From Bacteroidales bacterium (GTDB taxonomy: Bacteria; Bacteroidota; Bacteroidia; Bacteroidales; 4484-276): a stretch of DNA of 55,521 bases. The notes under the pieces were generated by a model. The model had not been told where the DNA came from. It was given only the letters and a program-made list of their open reading frames with translations, and searched no databases. How positions within the stretch are numbered: position 1 is the stretch's first letter; each line of letters starts with the position of its first letter. The translations under genes were made by a program, and so were the position numbers. Of this stretch, positions 27,062-36,556 are shown in pieces. Location of the stretch: contig JBKHBQ010000001.1 in assembly GCA_046542305.1 (NCBI GenBank), forward strand, positions 1 through 55,521, written 5' to 3'.

Positions 27062-28313
27062 AGCAACTATCACCGTTTCAGGAATTTTTCTTCTTGCCTT
27101 GCTGGCGATGGCGGGATGCAAGGTAGGAAACGAAATCATTTCGACCAATCTGGCCGGCATGTACGAAGTTGAAAACCGGCCCGAAATAACCGGCCTTCGG
27201 GTTTTCAATCAAAACGACAGCATTTCGAGGGTTTTTGTAAGGTACGAAATGTCGAGCCTGCTCTACGAAAAGGAAACCCTGATGGACAATTACACAGCCA
27301 AATACACGATTTCCTACCAACTGTACCCGTCCTATGAAAGTAATCAACTGCTCGACAGCGCATCCTTTTTTCTGGAAGATTCCGTTCATTACGGCAAGCA
27401 AAAGGAAATGGTTTTCGACTTTTCGGCTAAGGCACCCTATCCGGGTGAATACCTGCTTGAGGTACGGCTCGAAGATCTGAACAAGGAAACGGAAAGTGTT
27501 TTTCCGGTAGCAATTTACAAACTTTCCAAAAACAGCGCTCAGTATTTTTTGCCTATCGATGAGCAGGAAAATGTGATCTTTAACGACTGGATAAGCTGGA
27601 AGACCAGGTTCAGGATTATGTCGACCGATCCGGAAACCGATCATCTGTACGTACGTTATTACAACCGCAACTTCCCCGTTGCCCGCCCTCCCTACTCCAT
27701 GGCACATGACCGCACCTATGAATATGATGCCGATGAGCAATTTACAGTTGAAATGGAAAACGGGATCAGCGAATTCTTACAGTTCGGACGGGAAGGCATT
27801 TTTCATTTCCTTGCCGATACTTCCGGGCGCGAGGGCCTTACCCTGTACAGGTTTCATGACGATTATCCGCAGATCACCGACGCCGCCCGGCTGGTTCCAC
27901 CACTCAGATATCTTACCACCTCCAAAGAATTCAACCACCTGTTGGGCGCCGAAAATCCTAAAGTGGCCGTGGACAGCTTCTGGATAAAAACTGCTGGCAA
28001 CGAAGAACGCGCCGTGGAACTCATCAGGGAATATTACAGCCGGGTAGAGTTTGCCAACCAATACTTTACATCATACAAGGAAGGCTGGAAAACCGATCGC
28101 GGAATGTTGTACATCGTGTTTGGACCGCCGCAGATCGTTTACAGACGAACCGACATCGAAACATGGATTTATGGTGAACAGGGCAACAGGATTTCGCTGC
28201 GGTTCGATTTTATAAAAACCATCAATCCGTTTACGGATGAGGACTACAGCCTTCAGCGGAAAGAGGAATATAAAAACCCCTGGTTTATAGCAGTGGATTA
28301 CTTGCGGAGATAA
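27051..28313 (+). CDS. GWxTD domain-containing lipoprotein or secreted protein
   Basis: 420 aa with a signal and lipobox (LAMAGC) and the GWKTDRGMLYIVFGPP motif near the C-terminus. It overlaps the rmuC end by 11 nt. Confidence 0.75.
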   Translation: MKNKATITVSGIFLLALLAMAGCKVGNEIISTNLAGMYEVENRPEITGLRVFNQNDSISRVFVRYEMSSLLYEKETLMDNYTAKYTISYQLYPSYESNQLLDSASFFLEDSVHYGKQKEMVFDFSAKAPYPGEYLLEVRLEDLNKETESVFPVAIYKLSKNSAQYFLPIDEQENVIFNDWISWKTRFRIMSTDPETDHLYVRYYNRNFPVARPPYSMAHDRTYEYDADEQFTVEMENGISEFLQFGREGIFHFLADTSGREGLTLYRFHDDYPQITDAARLVPPLRYLTTSKEFNHLLGAENPKVAVDSFWIKTAGNEERAVELIREYYSRVEFANQYFTSYKEGWKTDRGMLYIVFGPPQIVYRRTDIETWIYGEQGNRISLRFDFIKTINPFTDEDYSLQRKEEYKNPWFIAVDYLRR

Positions 28314-28343
28314 AAAAACCACCCATGCGGGGCACAGGTGGTT
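28312..28343 (-). terminator. Intrinsic terminator ending the ECF-sigma operon
   Basis: On the minus strand: AACCACC, a 13-nt loop, GGTGGTT, then TTTTTTT. Confidence 0.6.
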
Positions 28344-28368
28344 GCACTACCAATCCGGTAAAAAAAAA

Positions 28369-29091
28369 TTATCTTTTTTTGATGCTTCCGGATCCGCTTT
28401 CGTGAAAGTTTATCTTCGGATCTCCCTTGTAACGGATACTTCCGGCTCCCATAACCCGGGCTTCGAGTTCTTGGGTAACGAAAACGCGGGCGTCGCCTGC
28501 ACCGCCGATTTCTATTTCCATTTCAGCAACTTCAAATTCGTATGCATCTACTTCTGCCGCCCCGGAAACATCGATCACACAGGTTCCTGCGCTTCCTTTC
28601 AGTTCCAGTTCGCTGGCGCCCGAAAATTCACATATCATGCTTTTCACCGTTAAATCGAGCATGATTTCGCAAGCACCGCTGCCGTCGATTTTCAGGTTAT
28701 CCAGATTTAATGCATTCTGACTCTCCACCTCCACTGCACCGGAAAGATCGAGATCTTCCAGGGTCTGGAAACTGATGAAAACATTCATTTCCTTGGCATT
28801 TCTGATATTTTCTTCACTCTTTATAATAAGCGTTCCGCCGCGAACTTCGGTTCTGATGATAGGCAACAGGTTTTCATCGGCTTCAATTACAAGCGATTCG
28901 CCCTGGCCTTGCGTAAGAAACACTTCGAACGCACCGCTTATTTTTATGGCATCAAACCGGGAAATCTCCCTTGTTTGCTTTTGTACGTTGCCGTTTCCGT
29001 CCACACCCTCCACAAACATACATGCGGAACTGGTGAGGGTGAGGATTCCGAGGATGGAAAGCAGCCCTGTTAAAATCAGTTTTTTTATCAT
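28369..29091 (-). CDS. DUF2807 / head-GIN 'putative adhesin' beta-repeat protein (probable lipoprotein)
   Basis: 240 aa with the signal LTLTSSAC and repeated GSG/GAG turns (DGSGACE, SGASELE, SGAAEVD, GGAGDARV, GAGSIRY, SGSGSIK). Confidence 0.6.
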   Translation of the reverse strand: MIKKLILTGLLSILGILTLTSSACMFVEGVDGNGNVQKQTREISRFDAIKISGAFEVFLTQGQGESLVIEADENLLPIIRTEVRGGTLIIKSEENIRNAKEMNVFISFQTLEDLDLSGAVEVESQNALNLDNLKIDGSGACEIMLDLTVKSMICEFSGASELELKGSAGTCVIDVSGAAEVDAYEFEVAEMEIEIGGAGDARVFVTQELEARVMGAGSIRYKGDPKINFHESGSGSIKKR

Positions 29092-29131
29092 TGTGGTGAT
29101 TTATTTGATGAATGACTGAGACATTGCGTGG

Positions 29132-29980
29132 TTACCTGTGATAAACTTCTCCCGAGCCACTTGCCGAAACATCCACGGATGTAGGATCACCTTTGTAGGT
29201 GAGATCGCCGGAGCCGCGCAGGCGTGCCTTGAGATGTCCTGAAACGGAAACCACCGCATCACCCGAACCGTTGGTGGATACTTCCACGTCCCGGGCCTGC
29301 AGGCCATAGAGATTGATGTCGCCCGAGGCCATCTGCTCCACTTCCACTTTCTCGGCGGTGCCGCTCAGGCTTACATCACCCGACCCCATCACCCGGATAT
29401 TGCATTCGGTAAGATGGAGGTCTTCGGCTTCGAAATCTCCCGATCCGTTGATTTTTAGCAAGAACATGCCCTGCACACCCGATACCTCAACATCTCCGGA
29501 ACCATTAATGTAGGTTGACAGGTTTTTTACGTCAAAGTTGATATCCACATTCCCCGATCCGTTGATGCCAATCTCGAAATCCATTCCACTGATCTCGTTC
29601 TCGCTTTCCACATCACCGGAACCATTGATGGTGATGGCAGAAAGTTTATCGACGGTAATGTAAATTTCCATTTCCTTGTAATTTCGGATATTGCCATCGA
29701 TGTCGATTTCCAGTTCGTCGCCTTTCACCTTGGTTTCAACCATTTCCTGCAGGTTTTCATCCGTACGCACCTTTACGTCCACATTATTTCCCTGACGGAT
29801 AAATACATCAGCCGAACAGGAAACGTCAATTTTTGAAAAAGACGAAACATCCCTGGTGGTGGTTACTACCTGGCCGTTGCCTTTTTCACCAATACCCCAT
29901 TGCGCCGAAGCCGGGAGGGTGAAAAAGATGGTGATAAATGCTGCTGTAAGTGAAATGCTTGCTAATTTCATTGTTTTCAT
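29132..29980 (-). CDS. DUF2807 / head-GIN 'putative adhesin' beta-repeat protein, secreted
   Basis: 282 aa with a signal peptide and 8 or more GSGD/GSGE turns spaced about 20-25 aa apart (NGSGDVE, NGSGNVD, NGSGDVE, NGSGDFE, GSGDVSL, ASGDINL, NGSGDAV, GSGDLTY, GSGEVYH). Confidence 0.65.
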   Translation of the reverse strand: MKTMKLASISLTAAFITIFFTLPASAQWGIGEKGNGQVVTTTRDVSSFSKIDVSCSADVFIRQGNNVDVKVRTDENLQEMVETKVKGDELEIDIDGNIRNYKEMEIYITVDKLSAITINGSGDVESENEISGMDFEIGINGSGNVDINFDVKNLSTYINGSGDVEVSGVQGMFLLKINGSGDFEAEDLHLTECNIRVMGSGDVSLSGTAEKVEVEQMASGDINLYGLQARDVEVSTNGSGDAVVSVSGHLKARLRGSGDLTYKGDPTSVDVSASGSGEVYHR

Positions 29981-30031
29981 TTTGATTTAATTTTTACTGA
30001 TTGGACGTAAGTTTTCTAAAATAGTTACAGT

Positions 30032-31102
30032 TTAATACCCGATGGCAACGCCACCAAATCCGCTGTTGATCTTTACGGTAGCTTTCGGGTTTTTATTTTC
30101 ACCAAATACACCTTCATACATCGAGTCGGTGGTAGTGGAAACTTTTTTGGTGAAAGTCGCCATATTCTCAGGATACTCCAGGGAGCAGAATTCAAGGTCT
30201 GCATTGAGGTTGAAACTGGTTCCGCTGTCAAAGTCAAGGTTCACCGATCCAAAATTGTTGTCGATGGATACTGATTCAAATTCCCGGCTGATTCCTTTTA
30301 CGTTAAGGTTTCCGTATTCGGTTTCTGCTTCAAGTGCTTTTTGCAATGAACGTATCTCGAAATCGGTGAGTTTTGTTGATATTTCGATAACATTCACTGT
30401 GCCGATACTGATCTGGCCGCCTTCGTTTTCAATCTCCAACTGGTCGACCTGTCCGATTTCCACATTTGAAAATTCCGAATTGATCTCGAGGTTCTCAGCT
30501 TTTTTGATGTCAACTTCGGCGTAATTTACATCCACCTCGCCGCGTGCGATATATTTCACCTCGGCATCACTGAAACCGATTTCCAGTTCGTTGTCGCTGC
30601 CAAGCAAGGCAACGATTTCGATGCTTCCATACTGGCTGCTGATCTTTGCATGGCCTTCCACCGATTCCACGAATGCATTTCCAAACATATGCTCCATGTC
30701 GAGTTTCAGGCTTTTGGGCATGTAGACGTTAATATCCACTGAAAGCTTGTTTTTACCATTGTCGAAAAGTTTGTAGCTGAGGTTGCTCGTAATGTATACG
30801 CCCTCGCGGTCGCCCTCCACTTTCACATCTATTTTTTCGAGCAAGCGTGCAGCTTTTTCTTCACTCATCTCCTTCATCACTGCCGTCACGTTTACCCAAA
30901 CGGTATTTTCATTCCAGTTTTTCAGGGTCACGTCCCCGAATTTATGATCAATGCCCACTACGGCATCCTGGTTTACCTCAAAACGCTGATCGGCAATTAC
31001 CTTTTCAACTTGTTTATTTGCCTGAAGGTTGCCGGTCATAAAAACCAGCACCATCATAATGCCACCTGCTTTTCTTATTACATTTTTCATCATTAATCTC
31101 AT
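30032..31102 (-). CDS. DUF4097-like beta-strand repeat protein, secreted
   Basis: 356 aa with a signal peptide and repetitive ..G.v.v....g.i.i.. strands. Its ATG overlaps the upstream stop (TAATG). Confidence 0.5.
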   Translation of the reverse strand: MRLMMKNVIRKAGGIMMVLVFMTGNLQANKQVEKVIADQRFEVNQDAVVGIDHKFGDVTLKNWNENTVWVNVTAVMKEMSEEKAARLLEKIDVKVEGDREGVYITSNLSYKLFDNGKNKLSVDINVYMPKSLKLDMEHMFGNAFVESVEGHAKISSQYGSIEIVALLGSDNELEIGFSDAEVKYIARGEVDVNYAEVDIKKAENLEINSEFSNVEIGQVDQLEIENEGGQISIGTVNVIEISTKLTDFEIRSLQKALEAETEYGNLNVKGISREFESVSIDNNFGSVNLDFDSGTSFNLNADLEFCSLEYPENMATFTKKVSTTTDSMYEGVFGENKNPKATVKINSGFGGVAIGY

Positions 31103-31680
31103 TATGGATTCATCATTTGATTTTCATCAAGGTTACTGCTGGCCTGATTGAGCTGCTCAAGTATTTGGTCCATGATCTCTGCTTTCTTACGTTTATTATT
31201 CACAAGCGCCGCCTTGAGCATCTTGTTGTCGGGATGCTTGGCATACTCCTTTTCGATTTCAGCCAGGTTGGCATCGATTTTTTCGAGTTGCTTGTTGGCG
31301 ATCATTTTAACGCGGTTGGCTTCTTCAGGATTGATGGCTACTTCATCAATCTGCTCGACTTTTGAAGAAGAAACGGCATCGTAGTACGCGAACACATTTT
31401 CCAATTCATCGGAGAGAGTGATCCTGGTAACCTCGCGCATAACTGCCCCGCTGATATCCGAAATGGAAAACCTGAATACCAGGTAGGATGCCGTAATGAA
31501 CACCAGCGCGATGGCGGCAATTTTAAAGATAGTGAACGGTCGGGCCGATTTCACCTCCTTCTCGCGTTCCACCTCGAGCTGGTCGAGCTTCCCGAGGAAA
31601 CGGCCGCGATGGCCCTCCGGCAGATTCCGGTTGTCGAAAAATTCCGGATTATCTTTTATTTTTTTTTCTAAAAACGACAT
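31102..31680 (-). CDS. Single-pass membrane protein, candidate anti-sigma factor (non-ZAS)
   Basis: 192 aa. It has an N-terminal cytoplasmic segment with PEGHRGRFLGKL, one TM segment (FKIAAIALVFITASYLVF) and a helical extracytoplasmic part. It lies immediately downstream of the ECF sigma gene. Confidence 0.45.
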   Translation of the reverse strand: MSFLEKKIKDNPEFFDNRNLPEGHRGRFLGKLDQLEVEREKEVKSARPFTIFKIAAIALVFITASYLVFRFSISDISGAVMREVTRITLSDELENVFAYYDAVSSSKVEQIDEVAINPEEANRVKMIANKQLEKIDANLAEIEKEYAKHPDNKMLKAALVNNKRKKAEIMDQILEQLNQASSNLDENQMMNP

Positions 31681-31703
31681 GGTCTTTATGCGTTATCAGT
31701 TTT

Positions 31704-32270
31704 TTATTTTCTTTTTTCAACTATTACCTGAAGCAGTTTTTGCTTGGCGCGCGAAAACCTTGTCCGCACATTGCCATAACTTGTGTTCAGCATTTCTGCA
31801 ATTTCCTGGTGATCGTAGCCTTCGATAAGGTGCAACGAAAGGATGATCCGGTAGGAATCGGGAAGGCTGTTAATTCCGTCCCTGATTTCTTCGATCCTGC
31901 AGAACATATTTTCGGAGTATTCGTCCTCGTGTGCTTGCGGATCTTCGGGTTCGGTATTACTTTCGTCGAGGCTTATTGTTTTAGGTGCGCCGCGGATGTG
32001 ATTGATGGACCGGTTGATAACGATCCGTTTGAGCCACGATCCGAAGCTGCCTTCGCCTCTGAAGGTATTGATCTTTTTAAATGCCTCAATGAACGCTTCC
32101 TGCATGATGTCCTCGGCAGCCGCCGTGTGCCCTACAATCCTCAGACTGGTATTGTACATGGCGCCGGCGTACATGTCGTACAGTTTTACCTGGGCATCTC
32201 TGTCGTTGTACCTGCAGGCTTCTATCAGCTCGCTGTGAATGTCTTTTACTGCCGTTTCCAATTTTGCCAT
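31704..32270 (-). CDS. ECF-type RNA polymerase sigma-70 family factor
   Basis: 188 aa from ATG 32270. It has region 2 (DAQVKLYDMYAGAMYNTSLRIV...AEDIMQEAFIEAF) and region 4 (LPDSYRIILSLHLIEGYDHQEIAEMLNTSYGNVRTRFSRAKQKL). The longer track ORF (to 32372) is a non-homologous extension. Confidence 0.85.
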   Translation of the reverse strand: MAKLETAVKDIHSELIEACRYNDRDAQVKLYDMYAGAMYNTSLRIVGHTAAAEDIMQEAFIEAFKKINTFRGEGSFGSWLKRIVINRSINHIRGAPKTISLDESNTEPEDPQAHEDEYSENMFCRIEEIRDGINSLPDSYRIILSLHLIEGYDHQEIAEMLNTSYGNVRTRFSRAKQKLLQVIVEKRK

Positions 32271-32329
32271 TTGAATTCGATATAGTGACACATCAAAAAA
32301 CAGATTGTTACACTTGTGCCGAAAATTAC

Positions 32330-32365
32330 AAAAAAAAAGGGACCAATCGTATCGACAGGCCCCTT
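32330..32365 (-). terminator. Intrinsic terminator of rpoD
   Basis: On the minus strand: AGGGGCC, a 13-nt loop, GGTCCCT (one G-U), then T9. Confidence 0.6.
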
Positions 32366-32392
32366 TAACCAAAAACCAAAATGAAAAATTTT

Positions 32393-33259
32393 TTACTGCC
32401 CCAAATAGGCTTTGAGCAATTTACTCCTTGAGGTATGTTTTAGTCTTCTGATTGCTTTTTCCTTGATTTGTCTCACGCGTTCGCGTGTAAGGTCGAATTT
32501 CATGGCAATTTCATCCAGTGTCAGTCCGTGGTTCATACCGATACCGTAATAGAGGTTGATCACATCGCGCTCTTTTTTGGTAAGGGTAGCCAGCGAACGC
32601 TGAATTTCCCTGGCCAGTGATTCCTTCATGAGATCCTTATCGGTAGTGGGATTATCATCGGATACGTAGATATCCAGCAGGCTCATGTCTTCATCCTGGG
32701 TAAGGGGGGCGTCCATGGAAACGGTACGGGTAGTGATTTTCAGTACCGAGTCTACCTTGTTTTCAGGCAAATCCAATGAAGCAGCGATCTCGTCCGGTGA
32801 TGGCGGACGTTCGAACTTTTGTTCAAGTTTCGACGACTCTTTACGAATCCTGTTTAGCGAACCTACCTGGTTGAGCGGCAATCTGACAATGCGGGATTGC
32901 TCGGCCAGCGCCTGGAGAATAGACTGGCGAATCCACCACACGGCATAGGAGATAAATTTAAAACCGCGCGTTTCGTCGAATCTCTGGGCTGCTTTTATCA
33001 AACCGAGATTGCCCTCGTTGATGAGGTCCGGCAAACTTAGTCCCTGATTCTGGTACTGCTTGGCCACGGAGACCACAAAGCGAAGATTGGCTTTTGTTAG
33101 TTTTTCCAGGGCCATCTGGTCGCCCTGTTTAATGCGCTGTGCAAGCTGAACCTCTTCTTCGGCTGTGATCAATTCTTCCTTCCCGATATCCTGCAGGTAC
33201 TTATCCAGAGACGCAGTTTCCCGATTCGTGATCGATTTAGTGATCTTTAACTGTCTCAT
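32393..33259 (-). CDS. rpoD: Primary RNA polymerase sigma factor (short Bacteroidota sigma-A)
   Basis: 288 aa with regions 1.2 to 4.2. Motifs include [41 protein letters not shown] and [20 protein letters not shown]. Confidence 0.92.
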   Translation of the reverse strand: MRQLKITKSITNRETASLDKYLQDIGKEELITAEEEVQLAQRIKQGDQMALEKLTKANLRFVVSVAKQYQNQGLSLPDLINEGNLGLIKAAQRFDETRGFKFISYAVWWIRQSILQALAEQSRIVRLPLNQVGSLNRIRKESSKLEQKFERPPSPDEIAASLDLPENKVDSVLKITTRTVSMDAPLTQDEDMSLLDIYVSDDNPTTDKDLMKESLAREIQRSLATLTKKERDVINLYYGIGMNHGLTLDEIAMKFDLTRERVRQIKEKAIRRLKHTSRSKLLKAYLGQ

Positions 33260-33415
33260 TAAAACCCTTTCTTATGAAAAATTAGTAAACGTTAACCCTA
33301 TAGAAAATTGTTTTATTGTGTGTAATTCAAAAAAAAAATGAACGCACATATTTAACTGGCCAAATGTTAAAATATTGTTAGAACAACAAACTCCGCATTC
33401 TGTTCAAACATACAC

Positions 33416-33451
33416 TGACCATGCATGAGCCGTTAAACCCATGCATGGTCA
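33416..33451 (-). terminator. Perfect 12-bp hairpin downstream of htrA (probable terminator)
   Basis: TGACCATGCATG, a 12-nt loop, CATGCATGGTCA. It lies 60 nt past the htrA stop and has a weak U-tract. Confidence 0.45.
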
Positions 33452-33510
33452 CTACATGTCGACTTTCATTATCCGAAAGTTACGATAAAATAGAGGGCTT
33501 GTCAAGAAAT

Positions 33511-34968
33511 TTATAAGCCGATGGCATAGTATGCCCGCTGTCCGTTCGGATAAACTCCTTCGATAAGAACCCCGCCACGTTTGCCTGTTAATTGATTTTT
33601 GATGTCGTCGATACTTCTGATAGGGTTTTTATCGATCTCTGTAATAATAAACCCTTCGCGTACACCTTTGTTCATGAGTTTCCCGCGGTCCATTTCCACG
33701 ATTTTCATCCCGTAGTCGATGCCCAGCCGGCTCATTTCCTCCACCGGGGGTTGTTCGAATAACGCACCGAGGGCTTCAATGGTTTCGTCGGTTTGGTTGG
33801 AAACGATGTCAAAGCTGTTTTCCCGGTTTTTCAGCAGCAATTCTTTTTGAATAATACGTCCGTCGCGATCAAGGGTAACGTTCACCCGGTCGCCGGGGTT
33901 GTGCTGACCGATGGTTTCGAGCAGCCGTGAAACGCTGTTGATCTCTATGCCGTCGATTTCGAGGATGATATCTTCAGGGCGCACGTCGGCATCGTCGGCC
34001 GAGCTGTTATCCACTACCGAAACCACATAAACCCCTTTCAGGTTCTTCAGTGCCAGTTCATCGGCCAGTTCGCTGTCGATATCGCGGATGGTCACACCTA
34101 TATATGCACGCTGGATTTCACCATAGTTGATAAAATCGTTCACCACCTTTTTTACAATATTTACCGGAATGGCAAAGCTGTATCCTGCGTACGACCCGGT
34201 ATTGGAGGCAATGGCTGCATTGATGCCCACCAGTTCGCCGGCGGTATTCACCAGAGCGCCGCCACTGTTACCGCGGTTTACTGGCGCATCGGTCTGAATA
34301 AATGATTCGATGGCCGTAGCTGTTCCGAGGATGTTGATGTCGCGGGCCTTGGCGCTGACAATACCCGCTGTAACGGTACTGGTGAGGTTAAACGGGTTAC
34401 CCACCGCAAGCACCCATTCGCCCACCCGCACATGGTCGGAATCGCCGTAAGTGAGAAACGGAAGGTTTTCATCGTTGATCTTGATCAGTGCAAGATCGGT
34501 GGAAGGATCGGTGCCGACAATTTCCGCTTCGTAGGTGCGCTTGTCGTTCAGGGTTACTTCAAGGCGCTCGGCATTATGCACCACATGATTGTTGGTTACG
34601 ATGTACCCGTCATCGGTGATGATCACACCCGATCCGGTGGCGATCAACGGCTGATTGGGTTGCTGCTCGTAGGGCCGGCCAAAAAATTCGTAAAAAAACT
34701 CGTCGTATACCGTAGTTCTCCGGCGTATTTCTGTTTTGATGTGAACCACAGCATGCACTGTCATATCGGCAGCCTCTGTAAAATCAGGCACATTTTGAGG
34801 AATGGGATAATTGGCTACATAATTGGCAGGCTGCACCGGCATATCCTGCTCATAACTCATCTGATGAAACTGCGCTTCACCGTCAGAAGGCTCCAGGGCA
34901 CGGTATAGGCCAAGGGATACAATACCGCCAAAAAATGCGGCAGCTATGATCAAAAAATATTTTTTCAT
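33511..34968 (-). CDS. htrA: Do/DegP/HtrA-family periplasmic serine endopeptidase with two PDZ domains
   Basis: It has the catalytic H/D/S context (TNNHVV, DLALIK, GNSGGAL). I chose the ATG at 34968 (MKKYFLIIAAAFFGG) over the TTG at 35019. Confidence 0.9.
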   Translation of the reverse strand: MKKYFLIIAAAFFGGIVSLGLYRALEPSDGEAQFHQMSYEQDMPVQPANYVANYPIPQNVPDFTEAADMTVHAVVHIKTEIRRRTTVYDEFFYEFFGRPYEQQPNQPLIATGSGVIITDDGYIVTNNHVVHNAERLEVTLNDKRTYEAEIVGTDPSTDLALIKINDENLPFLTYGDSDHVRVGEWVLAVGNPFNLTSTVTAGIVSAKARDINILGTATAIESFIQTDAPVNRGNSGGALVNTAGELVGINAAIASNTGSYAGYSFAIPVNIVKKVVNDFINYGEIQRAYIGVTIRDIDSELADELALKNLKGVYVVSVVDNSSADDADVRPEDIILEIDGIEINSVSRLLETIGQHNPGDRVNVTLDRDGRIIQKELLLKNRENSFDIVSNQTDETIEALGALFEQPPVEEMSRLGIDYGMKIVEMDRGKLMNKGVREGFIITEIDKNPIRSIDDIKNQLTGKRGGVLIEGVYPNGQRAYYAIGL

Positions 34969-35185
34969 TGTGAATCGTAATTTTTTAGATTTGTGTTTGC
35001 TTTCATCATCAACAATCAAACCAGGAAAAAATCCTGACGATTTTTCACTTTTTTGTTATTGTTATCATCCGGCCGGAAAAGTCCACTGCATAACGCATTA
35101 GTGAATTTGAAATTTTTTCCTCCATCTTAAAAAGTGTTAATCAGCTAATACAGACGATAATTAGAGCCCGTCAGTTGAATAATAT

Positions 35186-35193
35186 TAATTTTG
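35186..35193 (+). promoter_or_regulatory. -7 promoter element (TAATTTTG) for dapF
   Basis: 18 nt upstream of ATG 35212. It overlaps the TTG start used by the track. Confidence 0.45.
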
Positions 35194-35211
35194 CCGATTC
35201 AAAAACTTTCG

Positions 35212-36000
35212 ATGGAAATTACATTTTACAAATTTCATGGCGCGGGAAACGATTTCATTCTGATCGACAATCGAAATAAGATGTTCCCTGCCCGCCAGGA
35301 AGTGGTATCGTGGCTTTGCGCCCGGCATACCGGCATTGGCGCCGATGGTTTGATTCTGCTTGAAAATACAGGGAATGCCGATTTTTCCATGCGCTACTTC
35401 AATGCCGACGGCGGCGAATCCACACTTTGCGGAAACGGCGGAAGATGTATCACAGCTTTTGCTGCCCAACTTGGCATCATCAGGGAATCCACAGTGTTTT
35501 CGGCCATCGACGGGCTGCACGAATCAAAAATCCTGTCAGCAGAAAAAAATCTTAGCATTGCTTCGCTCCGGATGAACCATGTGGACAAGGTGTCTGAACT
35601 GGAAGAAGGTTTTTATCTGAACACGGGGTCACCTCATCTGGTCAGATTTTCGAAAGATGTAGATGCCATTGATCTTATAACGGAGGGAAAAAAAATAAGA
35701 AACCTGGAAAAATTTGCGCCGCACGGGGTAAATGTAAATTTTGTTCAGTTCATTCCTGATGGCATTTATGTGAGAACCTATGAACGCGGCGTAGAAGCCG
35801 AAACGCTTTCGTGCGGCACAGGTGCGGTAGCTTCGGCCATTGCAGCTTCGCTGAAATCCGGCGGAATAAAATCTCCGGTTTCTGTAAAAGCCCGGGGCGG
35901 AAATCTTCAGGTTGTGTTCGACCGGGATGAGACCGGCTTCGGGAATATCTGGCTGGAAGGCCCGGCTGTTTGCGTTTTTTCGGGAACCGTTAACCTATAA
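35212..36000 (+). CDS. dapF: Diaminopimelate epimerase
   Basis: It starts MEITFYKFHGAGNDFILID and has both catalytic Cys contexts (LCGNGGRC, SCGTGAVA). Confidence 0.9.
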   Translation: MEITFYKFHGAGNDFILIDNRNKMFPARQEVVSWLCARHTGIGADGLILLENTGNADFSMRYFNADGGESTLCGNGGRCITAFAAQLGIIRESTVFSAIDGLHESKILSAEKNLSIASLRMNHVDKVSELEEGFYLNTGSPHLVRFSKDVDAIDLITEGKKIRNLEKFAPHGVNVNFVQFIPDGIYVRTYERGVEAETLSCGTGAVASAIAASLKSGGIKSPVSVKARGGNLQVVFDRDETGFGNIWLEGPAVCVFSGTVNL

Positions 36001-36010
36001 TCTGAACATC

Positions 36011-36553
36011 ATGAAGCATAAAAATATCCTTACCGGCAATCATATTATTCTGCGCGCACCGGAACCGGAAGATGTGGACTTGCTTTACCAGTGGGAAAAC
36101 GATCCGCACACCTGGCACCTGAGCAATACGGTAGCGCCGTTTTCGCGGTTTGTGCTGGAGCAGTATGTGATGAATTCTCATGAAGATATTTATAAAACCA
36201 GGCAACTCAGGCTGATGATCGACACTGCGGAGCGAGAAAAAACTGTAGGCTCCATCGATCTTTTTGAATTTGAGCCCGCCCATCGACGTGCGGGCATCGG
36301 ACTGATGATCGCCGAACAGGAACGCCGCAAGGGCTACGCTTCCGAAGCGCTGGAATTGCTGACTGATTATTGTTTCAGCACGTTAATGCTCCACCAGCTT
36401 TTTTGCAACATCACCCCCGACAACAAACCCAGCCTCGAACTGTTTCAGAAAAGAGGATTTGAAGTGATCGGCACAAAAAAAGACTGGCTGCTGATCAATA
36501 ATCAGTGGAAGGATGAGTTAATATTGCAGTTGATCAATCCGGTATCGTCTTAA
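36011..36553 (+). CDS. GNAT family N-acetyltransferase (RimJ/RimL-like)
   Basis: 180 aa from ATG 36011. Its motif A resembles RRAGIGLMIAEQERRKGYASEAL. Confidence 0.8.
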   Translation: MKHKNILTGNHIILRAPEPEDVDLLYQWENDPHTWHLSNTVAPFSRFVLEQYVMNSHEDIYKTRQLRLMIDTAEREKTVGSIDLFEFEPAHRRAGIGLMIAEQERRKGYASEALELLTDYCFSTLMLHQLFCNITPDNKPSLELFQKRGFEVIGTKKDWLLINNQWKDELILQLINPVSS

Positions 36554-36556
36554 AAT

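Noticed and set aside
25712-28313. RmuC as part of a defence island
   Set aside because: RmuC here has the standard housekeeping architecture. Its neighbours are a GWxTD protein and a TonB-like protein, and no nuclease, methylase or ATPase defence partners are nearby.
31704-32372. N-terminal extensions from alternative (TTG/GTG) or far-upstream starts in several track ORFs
   Set aside because: Affected ORFs include 31704-32372, 11287-12378, 25682-27061, 35191-36000, 35912-36553, 40343-41251, 44035-46158, 51366-52598, 33511-35019 and 21566-23314. The extensions are non-homologous, often overlap TAnnTTTG promoter motifs or the preceding gene, and an internal ATG matches the family N-terminus or signal peptide.
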